The notes under the pieces: generated by a model | What the model saw: the letters and a program-made list of their open reading frames with translations, nothing else | Database searches by the model: none | What the model was told of the DNA's origin: nothing | In this document: one piece after another, positions 39,157 to 48,409 of the stretch | Position numbering within the stretch: the stretch's first letter is position 1 | How the letters are laid out: each line of letters opens with the position of its first letter | Made by a program: the position numbers and the translations under genes | From: an uncultured Bifidobacterium sp. | GTDB lineage: Bacteria; Actinomycetota; Thermoleophilia; Miltoncostaeales; Miltoncostaeaceae | Direction of reading: 5' to 3' | Length of the DNA stretch: 57,633 bases | Assembly (NCBI GenBank): GCA_964514615.1 | Contig: CAZEUE010000001.1 | Span: 1 to 57,633 of the forward strand

Positions 39157-41808
39157 TTGAGCGAGCCTGCGGAAACCCCGTCTGCCGCCGCCGCGCCGTG
39201 GCGGGCGGCGCGCGCTGCCTATTCGGACGTCCGCCAGCTGGAGCGCGAACTGGGGTGCTCGGAGCCCATGGCATGGATCCTCGCGCGCCGGGGGCTGGCC
39301 GACCCCGGGGATGCGCGGGCGTTCCTGGCCACCGACGGCGAGCTGGGCGACCCCCTGGCCATCGATGGCGTGCAGGCGGCGGCCGACAGGCTGCGCGCGG
39401 CCCTGGCGCGGGGCGAGCACGTGGCCATCCATGGCGACTACGACTGCGACGGGGTGTGCTCCACGGCCATCATGGCGGGTGCCCTGCGGGCGCGTGGCGG
39501 CGAGGTCACCACCTTCCTGCCCAATCGCTTCACCGACGGGTACGGGGTATCCGAGGGCACCGTCGAGGCCCTCGCGGACTCCGGCGCGCGCGTCCTGTGC
39601 TGCGTGGATTGCGGCACGTCCAGCGTGCAGGCGCTCGGCCGCGCGACCGAGTTGGGAATGGACGTGATCGTGCTCGACCACCATCTGGCGGCAGGGGCCC
39701 GTCCGCCGGGCATCATCGCCAACCCGGCCCTCGGCCGCGGGACCGACGCCCTCCCGGCGGCGGCGGGCGTGGTGTTCGACGTCGTGCGCGCGATCGCCGT
39801 GCACGACGACCACCTCCTGGGGCCGGCCCCGGATGCCGGGGTCGACCTGGCGGGCCTGGCCACGGTGGCCGACGCCGTCCCCCTGGTGCAGGGCAACCGC
39901 CGGCTGGTGCACCGGGCGCTCGAGTCGATTCGCCGTGGCGAGCGCCCAGGCCTCGTCGCCCTGCTCGCCGCCGCCGGCCAGGGGCATCGGGGCATCACCC
40001 CTCGCGGGCTGTCGTTCACCCTGGCTCCGGCCATCAACGCCACCGGCCGCCTCGCGGAGGCCTCCCTCGCCCTCGACCTGCTGCTCGAGGACGACCCGCG
40101 GCGCGCCCGTGACCTGGCGGACGAGATCTGGCAGCTGAACAGCCGACGCCGCGAGGTGGAGAGGCAGGTCACTGCGGAGGCCGTGCAGGTGATTGAAGCC
40201 GATGTCGACCGGGTGGGCGATGCGCCCATCACCGTGGTGGCCGGCGAGGGCTGGCACGAGGGCGTGGTGGGCATCGTCGCGTCGCGGATGGTGGAGCGAT
40301 TCGGCCGTCCGGCGATCGTGCTGTCGGTGCAGGGCGACCAGGCAAAGGGGTCGGGGCGCAGCCTCCCCGGGCTCGACCTGCATGCCATCGTGGCGGACGC
40401 CGCGGCACCGCTCACGCGCTGGGGGGGTCACTCGGGCGCGGTCGGCGTGTCGCTGGCGGCGGATGACATCCCCGCCTTCCGCAAGGCGCTGGAGGCATCG
40501 GCCGCGGGGCGCCGGCGCGAGATCGCCCGCGCACGCACGCGCATCGTGGACGCGGTGGTGGCGGGTGCGGACCTCACGCTGGCCACTGCGGAGGAGCTCG
40601 AGGCCCTCGCGCCATACGGGCGCGGCAACCCGGAGCCGCGCATGGTGGTCCCGGCATGCGCGGTGGGCGGCGTGAGCAGGGTGGGGGAGGGGCGCCACCT
40701 CCGTGCCCGGTTGTCCGCGGGCGGCGTCACGGTGCCGGCGATCGGCTTCTCCATGGGGCGGCGGGCCGCCGACCTGGAAGCCGCGGGCGACGGCGTGCGG
40801 TACGACGCCGTGGCGCGCCTGGAGGTCGAGCGGTGGCAGGACACCGTGGGCCCCCGGGTGTCGCTCGAGGACCTCGCCGCCCTGCCCGCGGGCCCCGCGG
40901 TGACGGGGGGATGCGCCGACGCATGCGACATCGGCTGCGGCCTGCGCGTGCCGCCCGCGGCCATCCCCGCGATGGTGGCCACGCCCTTCGGCGCGATGGC
41001 GCCGGAGGCGGGCGTGGAGTCACCCCGCGAGGTGCGCGACCGCCGGGGGGAGGGGCGGGCCCTCGCGCTGATCTGCGCCCTGGCCGGGGCGGACCGGGGT
41101 GTGGCCGCGGTGGTGTCCGACGTGCCCCGCCGCCGCGCGGCGCTGCGCGACGTGCTGGCGCCCGGCCGGCTGGGGGTGGAGGTCGCCGTGCTGGGCGGCG
41201 ACCGGTGCGACGTCGAGGCCATGGCGGCGCGGCTTGCCCTGGCGCGCGGCGGCCCGCTGCTCGCGATCCTCGACTATGCCGCGCTGGAGCAGGTGGTTGT
41301 TCCCGACGACGTCCACCTCGTCGTGGTGGACCCCCCGGTCCTCGAGCAGCAGGCCGCGTGGTTGCGGGTGGCGGCGGCCGGCCGGTTCGTGCACCTGGCC
41401 TGGGGCGCGGACGAGGCCGCCCTGGCGTGCGCCGTGGCCCAGGCCGACCTTGCCGTGCGCGACGTGGCACGGGCCCTCTGGCCCGCGCTGGCTGCCGAGC
41501 CCGGACGCGTTCCGTGGGGCGCACGGGCCGATGCACTGCTGGCCGGCGATGGCCCGGTGGCGCGGTCGCCACGGGCCGTGGCCCTGGCGCTGGCGGCGCT
41601 GGCCGAGGCCGGCCTGGTGCAGGTGGGCCCGGGTGGCGTGGCGGTGGTGCCCGGGGCCCCTCCGGCGGACCTCGATGACGGCGCGGTGGGCCGCCGCGCC
41701 GCGGCGCTCCGCGACGAGGCCCGCGTGCTCGCCGGGCGGGCCATGACCATCGACCTGCTGGGGGCCGTGCCGGATTGGCTTCCGCAGGCGGACGGCGCGT
41801 TATCGTAG
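39157..41808 (+). CDS. recJ: Single-stranded-DNA-specific exonuclease RecJ with a long C-terminal extension
   Basis: The start is TTG. DHH motifs are VAIHGDYDCDGVCS and LDHH, with a DHHA1-type GGHSGAVG. The RecJ core covers about the first 570 aa and about 310 extra residues follow. Confidence 0.88.
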   Translation: MSEPAETPSAAAAPWRAARAAYSDVRQLERELGCSEPMAWILARRGLADPGDARAFLATDGELGDPLAIDGVQAAADRLRAALARGEHVAIHGDYDCDGVCSTAIMAGALRARGGEVTTFLPNRFTDGYGVSEGTVEALADSGARVLCCVDCGTSSVQALGRATELGMDVIVLDHHLAAGARPPGIIANPALGRGTDALPAAAGVVFDVVRAIAVHDDHLLGPAPDAGVDLAGLATVADAVPLVQGNRRLVHRALESIRRGERPGLVALLAAAGQGHRGITPRGLSFTLAPAINATGRLAEASLALDLLLEDDPRRARDLADEIWQLNSRRREVERQVTAEAVQVIEADVDRVGDAPITVVAGEGWHEGVVGIVASRMVERFGRPAIVLSVQGDQAKGSGRSLPGLDLHAIVADAAAPLTRWGGHSGAVGVSLAADDIPAFRKALEASAAGRRREIARARTRIVDAVVAGADLTLATAEELEALAPYGRGNPEPRMVVPACAVGGVSRVGEGRHLRARLSAGGVTVPAIGFSMGRRAADLEAAGDGVRYDAVARLEVERWQDTVGPRVSLEDLAALPAGPAVTGGCADACDIGCGLRVPPAAIPAMVATPFGAMAPEAGVESPREVRDRRGEGRALALICALAGADRGVAAVVSDVPRRRAALRDVLAPGRLGVEVAVLGGDRCDVEAMAARLALARGGPLLAILDYAALEQVVVPDDVHLVVVDPPVLEQQAAWLRVAAAGRFVHLAWGADEAALACAVAQADLAVRDVARALWPALAAEPGRVPWGARADALLAGDGPVARSPRAVALALAALAEAGLVQVGPGGVAVVPGAPPADLDDGAVGRRAAALRDEARVLAGRAMTIDLLGAVPDWLPQADGALS

Positions 41809-41813
41809 GAGCG

Positions 41814-44054
41814 ATGGGAACGCCTCTCGCCGACCTCGGACTTGCCGCCTCAACGGGTGACTCCGACGTGGAGGTCCTCGTGCGCGAGGTGCACGAACGC
41901 CACCCCGACGCCGATGGCGACGCCATCCGCAAGGCCTACTGGTTCGCCGAGGAGCGCCACCGCGGGCAGGACCGGCACTCGGGGGAGCCCTACATCACCC
42001 ATCCGCTCGGGGTGGCGCGCATCGTGGCGGGGCTGGGCCTCGACGTGGACACCATCCAGGCCGCGCTGCTCCACGACGTGGTGGAGGACACCGGGACCAC
42101 CCTCGACGACGTCGAGGCGGCGTTCGGGCCGCAGGTGGCGGCCATGGTGGACGGCGTCACCAAGCTCACGCGCATCCACTTCGAGAGCCAGGAGGAGCGA
42201 CAGGCCGAGAACTACCGCAAGCTCATCATCTCGATGTCGTCCGACATCCGCACCCTGCTGGTGAAGCTGTCCGACCGGCTGCACAACATGCGCACGCTCT
42301 CGTACATGAGCAAGTCGAAGCAGATGCAGAAGGCCCGCGAGACCCTCGAGGTGTACGCGCCACTCGCGCACCGCCTGGGCATCCACTCGCTCAAATGGGA
42401 GCTCGAGGACCTGTCGTTCGCGGCGCTGCACCCAAAGCGCTACGCCGAGATCCAGCAGATGGTCAACCAGCGGCGTGGCGATCGCGAGGCCTACGTGCAC
42501 GACGCGGGCGAGATCCTGCGCGGGGAACTCGTGGCCGTGGGGATCGAGCCGGTGGAGATCACCGGCCGGGCCAAGCACTTCTACTCGATCTACGAGAAGA
42601 TGACCCGCAAGGGCAAGGAGTTCAACGAGATCTACGACCTCACGGCGATGCGGGTGATCGTGGAGTCGGTGAAGGACTGCTACGGCGCGGTGGGCATCAT
42701 CCACTCACTGTGGAAGCCCATGCCGGGGCGGTTCAAGGACTTCATCGCCATGCCGCGGCTCAACATGTACCAGTCGCTGCACACCACCGTCATCGGGCCG
42801 CAGGGCACCCCGCTCGAGATCCAGATCCGCACGCCCGAGATGCACCACACCGCCGAGTACGGCGTGGCCGCCCACTGGCTGTACAAGCAGGACGCCCGGT
42901 CGCCCGGCGGCCCGGGTGCGGGTGCCGGCTCGGGGGACCGCCTGGAGTGGCTGTCGCAGATGATGGACTGGCAGCAGGACACCACGGACCCCGGCGAGTT
43001 CATGGAGAGCCTGCGCAGCGACCTCTACTCGCAGGAGGTCTATGTCTTCACGCCCAAGGGCGAGGTGCGGGCGCTGCCCGCGGGCTCCACGCCCCTGGAC
43101 TTCGCGTACGACGTCCACACCGACGTGGGGCACCGCTGCGTGGGCGCCAAGGTCAACGGCCGCATCGTGCCGCTCACCCATCAGCTGGAGTCGGGCGACT
43201 TCGTGGAGATCCTCACGTCGAAGTCGCCCCGCGGTCCGTCACGCGACTGGCTGGGCGTGGTGCAGACCTCGAAGGCCCGGTCCAAGATCCGCTCGTTCTT
43301 CAGCCGCGAGCGCCGCGAGGACGCCGAGCACCAGGGGCGCGACTCGCTGCAGGACGCCCTGCGCAAGGCCGGCTTGCCCAGCCAGCGCATCGTGGGCTCG
43401 CCCTTGTTCGCGCAGGTCACCCAGGAGATGGGCTTCAAGCGGGCCGAGGACTTCTACATCTCACTGGGCTCGGGCAAGACCTCGGTGCAGGTGGTGGTCA
43501 ACAAGATCATCGCGCGCCTCAAGACCGATGACGGGCAGGTGGACCCCACGCCCACGGTGCCCGACGCCCGTGAGGGCCGTTCCCGGCAAGCAGCCCCGTC
43601 CAGCGACCTGGGCATCGAGATCGACGGCGTGGCCGACGTGATGGTGCGCCTCGCGAAGTGCTGCAAGCCCGTGCCCGGGGACGACATCGTGGGCTACATC
43701 TCGCTGGGGCGCGGCATCACCATCCATCGGGAGGACTGCCCCAACGCGCGGGCGCTCATGCGCAGTCCCGAGCGGTTCACCCCCGTGGCCTGGGGCGGCG
43801 AGGCCCGGCAGTCCTTTCGCGTGGAGCTGGCGGTGGAGGCCTGGGACCGTCACCGCCTGCTGGAGGACATCTCGCGCACCATCGCGGAGAACGGCGTCAA
43901 CATCCTGGGCGCCAACTGCCAGGTGGACGACCAGATGGCGCGTCACCGGTTCGTGCTCGAGATGGCCGACACCGAGACCCTCCGCCACCTCACCAACCAG
44001 TTGCGCAATGTCGAGTCGGTGTTCGATGCCTACCGCGTGACCCCGGGAGCCTGA
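41814..44054 (+). CDS. rel: Bifunctional (p)ppGpp synthetase/hydrolase (RelA/SpoT homologue)
   Basis: ATG 41814 follows AGGAG. It has an HD hydrolase domain (HRGQDRHSGEPYITHPLGVA...LLHDVVEDT), a synthetase domain (YSIYEKM, RFKDFIAMPR.NMYQSLHTT), and TGS and ACT-like C-terminal domains. Confidence 0.95.
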   Translation: MGTPLADLGLAASTGDSDVEVLVREVHERHPDADGDAIRKAYWFAEERHRGQDRHSGEPYITHPLGVARIVAGLGLDVDTIQAALLHDVVEDTGTTLDDVEAAFGPQVAAMVDGVTKLTRIHFESQEERQAENYRKLIISMSSDIRTLLVKLSDRLHNMRTLSYMSKSKQMQKARETLEVYAPLAHRLGIHSLKWELEDLSFAALHPKRYAEIQQMVNQRRGDREAYVHDAGEILRGELVAVGIEPVEITGRAKHFYSIYEKMTRKGKEFNEIYDLTAMRVIVESVKDCYGAVGIIHSLWKPMPGRFKDFIAMPRLNMYQSLHTTVIGPQGTPLEIQIRTPEMHHTAEYGVAAHWLYKQDARSPGGPGAGAGSGDRLEWLSQMMDWQQDTTDPGEFMESLRSDLYSQEVYVFTPKGEVRALPAGSTPLDFAYDVHTDVGHRCVGAKVNGRIVPLTHQLESGDFVEILTSKSPRGPSRDWLGVVQTSKARSKIRSFFSRERREDAEHQGRDSLQDALRKAGLPSQRIVGSPLFAQVTQEMGFKRAEDFYISLGSGKTSVQVVVNKIIARLKTDDGQVDPTPTVPDAREGRSRQAAPSSDLGIEIDGVADVMVRLAKCCKPVPGDDIVGYISLGRGITIHREDCPNARALMRSPERFTPVAWGGEARQSFRVELAVEAWDRHRLLEDISRTIAENGVNILGANCQVDDQMARHRFVLEMADTETLRHLTNQLRNVESVFDAYRVTPGA

Positions 44055-44086
44055 CCGTCCCGGCCTGCTGGTAGCGTCCAGCGCCA

Positions 44087-44968
44087 GTGGACGTGGTGGA
44101 GATCATCATCCTGGCGGCCGCCGGTCTGGGGCTCGTCGCCTTCGTGGTGCTGGCGGTCCTCATCGTCCGGCAGGGGCGCGTGCTCAAGGACCTCGAGGAG
44201 CGCATCGGACCACCGGTGCCCCCCGCGGCCGCTCCCTCGTTGGAGCGCGTGCGCGCGGTGTCAGCGGCATCGGCCGCCGTCGCCGCCCCCGCCGCCGAGC
44301 CCGGGCCCGCGGACCCATCGGGGGATGCCCCCCAGCCCGACGCCCCCGCGGCGACGCCGGAGGCGCCCCGCCAGACCGCCCGCCAGGCAGCGGAGGCCCG
44401 CGAGCGGGCCAAGCAGGAGGAGCGCGCGCGCAAGGATCGCGAGAAGGCCTCCCGGGCATCGGCAGCAGGGGCGGAGGATCCGGGGTCGTCCGGGCGCGGT
44501 CTCGTGGTGGGCGCGGTGGCCATCGTCGTGGCGGGCCTGCTTGCCGCCGGGGGCTGGTACCTGTTCATCCGCGACGACGGCGCCGGGCCGTCGGCTCCGG
44601 CCGCGCAGGCGACCACGGCGACCACGGCGGCCACCACCGGCGAGGTGCCCGATGACGTGCCGCCCCTCGCCAACAAGGCCGCGTACACCGTCGCCGTGCT
44701 GAACGCCAGTAACGTCACCGGTGCCGCCGCCAACAAGGTCGCGCCCCGGGTGCAGGCCGACGGCTACACGCTCGGCGTGGTGGACAACGCCGCCAAGCAG
44801 GACATCGCGGTGTCGCAGGTGCAGTACGTGAAGGGGCGCCAGGAGGTGGGGTGGAACCTGGCCAAGGACCTCGGGGTCACCACCGCGGTGGAGGTGGACA
44901 GCCTGGCCAAGGGGCGCATCGGCACGGCCGATGCCGTGGTCATCGTGGGGAAGGACCTGGCCCGCTAG
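44087..44968 (+). CDS. LytR_C domain-containing membrane protein
   Basis: An N-terminal TM helix and a low-complexity Ala/Pro linker precede a second TM helix. The C-terminal VAVLNASNVTGAAANKV...ADAVVIVGKDL is typical of the LytR C-terminal domain. Confidence 0.7.
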   Translation: MDVVEIIILAAAGLGLVAFVVLAVLIVRQGRVLKDLEERIGPPVPPAAAPSLERVRAVSAASAAVAAPAAEPGPADPSGDAPQPDAPAATPEAPRQTARQAAEARERAKQEERARKDREKASRASAAGAEDPGSSGRGLVVGAVAIVVAGLLAAGGWYLFIRDDGAGPSAPAAQATTATTAATTGEVPDDVPPLANKAAYTVAVLNASNVTGAAANKVAPRVQADGYTLGVVDNAAKQDIAVSQVQYVKGRQEVGWNLAKDLGVTTAVEVDSLAKGRIGTADAVVIVGKDLAR

Positions 44969-46493
44969 GCGTCCCGTGCCCCCCTCCGCCCGGGGTGCGC
45001 TGCTCGATCACCGACCCCGCGGGCAGTCGGCCGCGCCATTTGCCCGCGACGGGCTGGTCATCCACCAGGGTCCGTCCCGGCTCGCCGGATTCCCCGCCGC
45101 GGGCACCTGCCGGGGCGCTGCGCCGCCGCTCTGCGATGAGTGACACGTCGGCATCGGCGAGCAGGCGGATGCGACGGACGACGCCATCGCCTCCGGGCCG
45201 CGCGCCAGTCCCTCCCGACCCGCGCCGCACGGCATAGCGCTCCACGCGCACGGGCATGGCCAGCTCCAGTGCCTCCACGGGCGTGTTGAGGGTGTTGCTC
45301 ATGGCCACGTGCACCGCCGAGGGCCCGGGCGCGCGCGACGACGCACCCTGCCCTCCGGCGAGGGTCTCGAAGTACACGCGGTCGCCGAAGCCCAGGGTGA
45401 GGTTGTTCATCGTGCCCTGGCCCTGGGCGGGCATGTCGGTGGCCCCCGAGAGCGCGCCCATCACGGCATCGGCGATGCGACTGGATGCCTCCACGTTGCC
45501 GGCGGCCACGGCGCATCCGCGCGGGGCGTTCACCAGCGTCCCCGGTGGTGCCACCACGGTCACCGGGGCGTACGCGCCCGCCGACGCGGGGATGTCCGGA
45601 TCGGTGGCCACGCGCACGGCGAAGAACACGCACGACCGGGTGACCGCGATGGGGCAGTTGAGGTTGCCCGGGCCTGCCGCATCGGTGCCGGTGAAGTCGA
45701 CGGTCATCGCCTCTCCCGCGATGCGCAGGCATACGCGGATGACCAGGTCGTCGTGGGTGACCCCGTCGCCCTCCAGGCGCTCCTCGTGGCGCCACTCGCC
45801 ATCGGGCATCGCCGCCACGGCCGCGCGCGTGCGGCGTTCGGCATAGGCCAGAAGATCGTCCATTGCCGCCGCGACGGCCCCGGGGCCCCCGCGCGTGGCG
45901 GCGAGGGACTCCATGCGCTCCTGCGCCAGGCGGTGGGCGGCCACCTGGGCCCCGATGTCCCCGCGCCGTTCGTCGGGAGTGCGCGAGTTGGCGGCGATGA
46001 TGTCCATCACCGCCGGTTCGGTGCCGGTCGGGTCCGCCAGTCGCACGGGGGGCAGAACGAGACCCTCCTGCAGCAGCTCCCGGGCGCCCGCGGGCATGGA
46101 GCCCGCGGTCATCCCGCCCACGTCCGCGTGATGGGCGCGCGACACCGCGTGCGCCACCAGGCGACCGGCCACCGCGATGGGCGACACCACGGTCAGGTCG
46201 GGAAGGTGCGTGCCCCCGGTGAAGGGGTCGTTCACCACCCACATCTCGCCGGCGGCGGCCCCGGCATCCATGACCGCGCGCACGGCCTCGGGCATGGCGC
46301 CCAGGTGCACGGGTATCGAGTCGGACTGCGCGACCATGCGCCCCTGCGCGTCGAACACCGCCGTGCTGCAGTCGCGCCGCTCCTTGATGGTCACGCTGAA
46401 CGCCGAGCGCACCAGGGCCGCCTGCATCTCCTCGGCCACCGAGCGCAGGGCCGCCCCCCACACCTGCAGGCCCACGGGGTCGAGGTGGCTCAC
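44940..46493 (-). CDS. hyuB: Hydantoinase B / oxoprolinase family protein
   Basis: GTG 46493 overlaps the hyuA stop (GTGA). Motifs are DPVGLQVWGAALRSVAEEM, IKERRDCSTAVFD and, near the C-terminus, TPGGGGHG. Confidence 0.85.
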   Translation of the reverse strand: MSHLDPVGLQVWGAALRSVAEEMQAALVRSAFSVTIKERRDCSTAVFDAQGRMVAQSDSIPVHLGAMPEAVRAVMDAGAAAGEMWVVNDPFTGGTHLPDLTVVSPIAVAGRLVAHAVSRAHHADVGGMTAGSMPAGARELLQEGLVLPPVRLADPTGTEPAVMDIIAANSRTPDERRGDIGAQVAAHRLAQERMESLAATRGGPGAVAAAMDDLLAYAERRTRAAVAAMPDGEWRHEERLEGDGVTHDDLVIRVCLRIAGEAMTVDFTGTDAAGPGNLNCPIAVTRSCVFFAVRVATDPDIPASAGAYAPVTVVAPPGTLVNAPRGCAVAAGNVEASSRIADAVMGALSGATDMPAQGQGTMNNLTLGFGDRVYFETLAGGQGASSRAPGPSAVHVAMSNTLNTPVEALELAMPVRVERYAVRRGSGGTGARPGGDGVVRRIRLLADADVSLIAERRRSAPAGARGGESGEPGRTLVDDQPVAGKWRGRLPAGSVIEQRTPGGGGHGTPSGPGPSPR

Positions 46494-48409
46494 CGCCGCT
46501 CCATCCGGATCGTGCCGTCCGAGTGCACCTGCGCCACCCAGCCGTCCGCCACCCAGCACGTGCTGCCCGGCATCGCCAGTGCGCATGGCCCCTCGTGCCC
46601 GGCCACCGGGTCGGGGAGGTGCAGGGGCACGTCGGGGCCGTCCGCCACGGCGGCCACGCGCACCGACACCACCTCCACCGGGGCGTCCGGCATGGCGCGT
46701 CCCGCGGCGCGGGCGTGCGCCGCATGGAACCGCTCCGCAAGGGCCGGAGGGGGCTCGTTCGGGTCCCACGCCACGGTGAGGGCGTGGCTCTGCCCCGCGT
46801 AGCGGCAGTCCGCTGCCACCTCGACGCGCCCATCGGGCAGCTCGGTGGCCGCGCGCGCCACCAGGGGCTCCACGGCCCGGGCCAGCCGCGCGGCATCACC
46901 TGCCGGCAGCAGCACGCTCTGCACGTGGTCACGGCGCTCGCCAGCGACCACCATGCCGAGGGCCGCGAGCACGCCGGCGGTGGCCGGGCAGGTGATGCGG
47001 GTCATCCCCAGGCCGTCCGCCACCGCGCACGCGTGAAGAGGGCCCGCGCCGCCGAGGGCGATCAGCACCCCATCGCGGGGATCCACCCCGCGCTCCACGC
47101 TGACCACGTGCAGGGCCGACACCATCTGCTGCACCGCAACCGCCACGATGCCCGCCGCGCACGCCGGTACCTCCATTCCGAGCGCATCCGCGAGGGCGCC
47201 CACGGCCTCGTGCGCGGGTTGGGCGACCAGCGGCAGTGACGCGCCCAGTCCCAGCGTGCCCGAGAGCCTGCCGAGCACGACGTTGGCATCGGTGACGGTG
47301 GGTGCGCGGCCACCGCGCCCGTATGCGGCCGGACCCGGAACGGCGCCCGCCGATCGCGGCCCCACCCGCAGCGCCCCGCCGGCGTCGGCCCATGCGATGC
47401 TGCCGCCGCCTGCCGACACGGTCTGCACGTCGAGCATGGGCAGGTGCACGGGGTGCCCCGCCACCACGCTGCCGTGCGCGCGGCCGGGCCGGCCGTCCAC
47501 GATCAGGGCCACGTCGCACGAGGTCCCGCCCATGTCGAACGCCAGCGCCACCCGGGCATCGTCCGCCCGGGCCACCGCCGCAGCGCCGACCACCGCTCCC
47601 GCCGGCCCCGAGAGCACGGTGCGCGCACCGCTGGTGGCGGCCTGCGCAAGCGGCAGGAGACCGCCGCTCGACTGCATGATCCCCGGCTCCGGCAGGCCGG
47701 CATCCCGGGTGCGCCTGCCGAGCGCGCCCAGGTAGCCCGCGAGGACGGGGGTGAGGTAGGCATCCAGCGCGGTGGTGGCGATGCGCTCGTACTCGCGCAC
47801 CTCGGGCAGCACCTCGCACGACGCCGACACGTGCACGCCCGGCATCTCCCGGCGCACCCGATCGGCGATCGCCCTCTCGTGCGCGGGATGCGCATATGAG
47901 AACAGCAGTCCCACGGCCACGGCCTCGGGGGCGCGCGCGCGCAGGGCGTCGCTCACCTGGCGAAGCGCCGCGTCGTCGAGGGGGGTCACCACCCCGTCCG
48001 GGCCCATGCGCTCGCGGGCCGCGACCACGCGCTCCGCGGGCACCAGCGGATCCGGATGGGTGGCGTCCAGGTGGTACAGGGAGGCTCGGTCCTGGCGTCG
48101 CAGCTCGAGGACGTCCTCGAGGCCCTCCGTGGCCACCAGGCACGTCCGCGCGCCCGTGCCCTCCAGCATCGCGTTGGTGCCCACGGTCATGCCGTGCGCG
48201 ATGCGCCCCACCGCTCCGGCGGGCACCTGGGCCACCTCCAGGGCGGCCAGCACGGCCTGCACCACGCCCTCGCCCTGGTCATCGGGAGTGGTGGGAACCT
48301 TGGCCGCGTGCAACCGGCCCCGGTGCACCACGACGGCATCGGTGAACGTGCCCCCGACGTCGACGCCGACCAGGGCCGGGAGGGTGTCGCCCAGGTTGGG
48401 ATCTACCAT
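46490..48409 (-). CDS. hyuA: Hydantoinase A / oxoprolinase family protein
   Basis: ATG 48409 gives MVDPNLGDTLPALVGVDVGGTFTD, and a second ATPase motif AFDMGGTSCDV is present. Confidence 0.85.
   Translation of the reverse strand: MVDPNLGDTLPALVGVDVGGTFTDAVVVHRGRLHAAKVPTTPDDQGEGVVQAVLAALEVAQVPAGAVGRIAHGMTVGTNAMLEGTGARTCLVATEGLEDVLELRRQDRASLYHLDATHPDPLVPAERVVAARERMGPDGVVTPLDDAALRQVSDALRARAPEAVAVGLLFSYAHPAHERAIADRVRREMPGVHVSASCEVLPEVREYERIATTALDAYLTPVLAGYLGALGRRTRDAGLPEPGIMQSSGGLLPLAQAATSGARTVLSGPAGAVVGAAAVARADDARVALAFDMGGTSCDVALIVDGRPGRAHGSVVAGHPVHLPMLDVQTVSAGGGSIAWADAGGALRVGPRSAGAVPGPAAYGRGGRAPTVTDANVVLGRLSGTLGLGASLPLVAQPAHEAVGALADALGMEVPACAAGIVAVAVQQMVSALHVVSVERGVDPRDGVLIALGGAGPLHACAVADGLGMTRITCPATAGVLAALGMVVAGERRDHVQSVLLPAGDAARLARAVEPLVARAATELPDGRVEVAADCRYAGQSHALTVAWDPNEPPPALAERFHAAHARAAGRAMPDAPVEVVSVRVAAVADGPDVPLHLPDPVAGHEGPCALAMPGSTCWVADGWVAQVHSDGTIRMERR

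Noticed and set aside
36421-41932. Long minus-strand ORFs 36421..38208, 38221..39114, 39142..40698 and 40727..41932
   Set aside because: They are antisense to secDF, the UbiB kinase and recJ. For example, 40727..41932 is an almost pure P/R/A/G polymer. They are treated as GC artefacts.
44940-44968. 29-nt overlap of the convergent LytR_C and hyuB genes as evidence of a mis-called gene
   Set aside because: Both C-termini carry family-typical endings (LytR_C ...AVVIVGKDLAR; HyuB ...TPGGGGHG plus a short tail), so the overlap is probably real.
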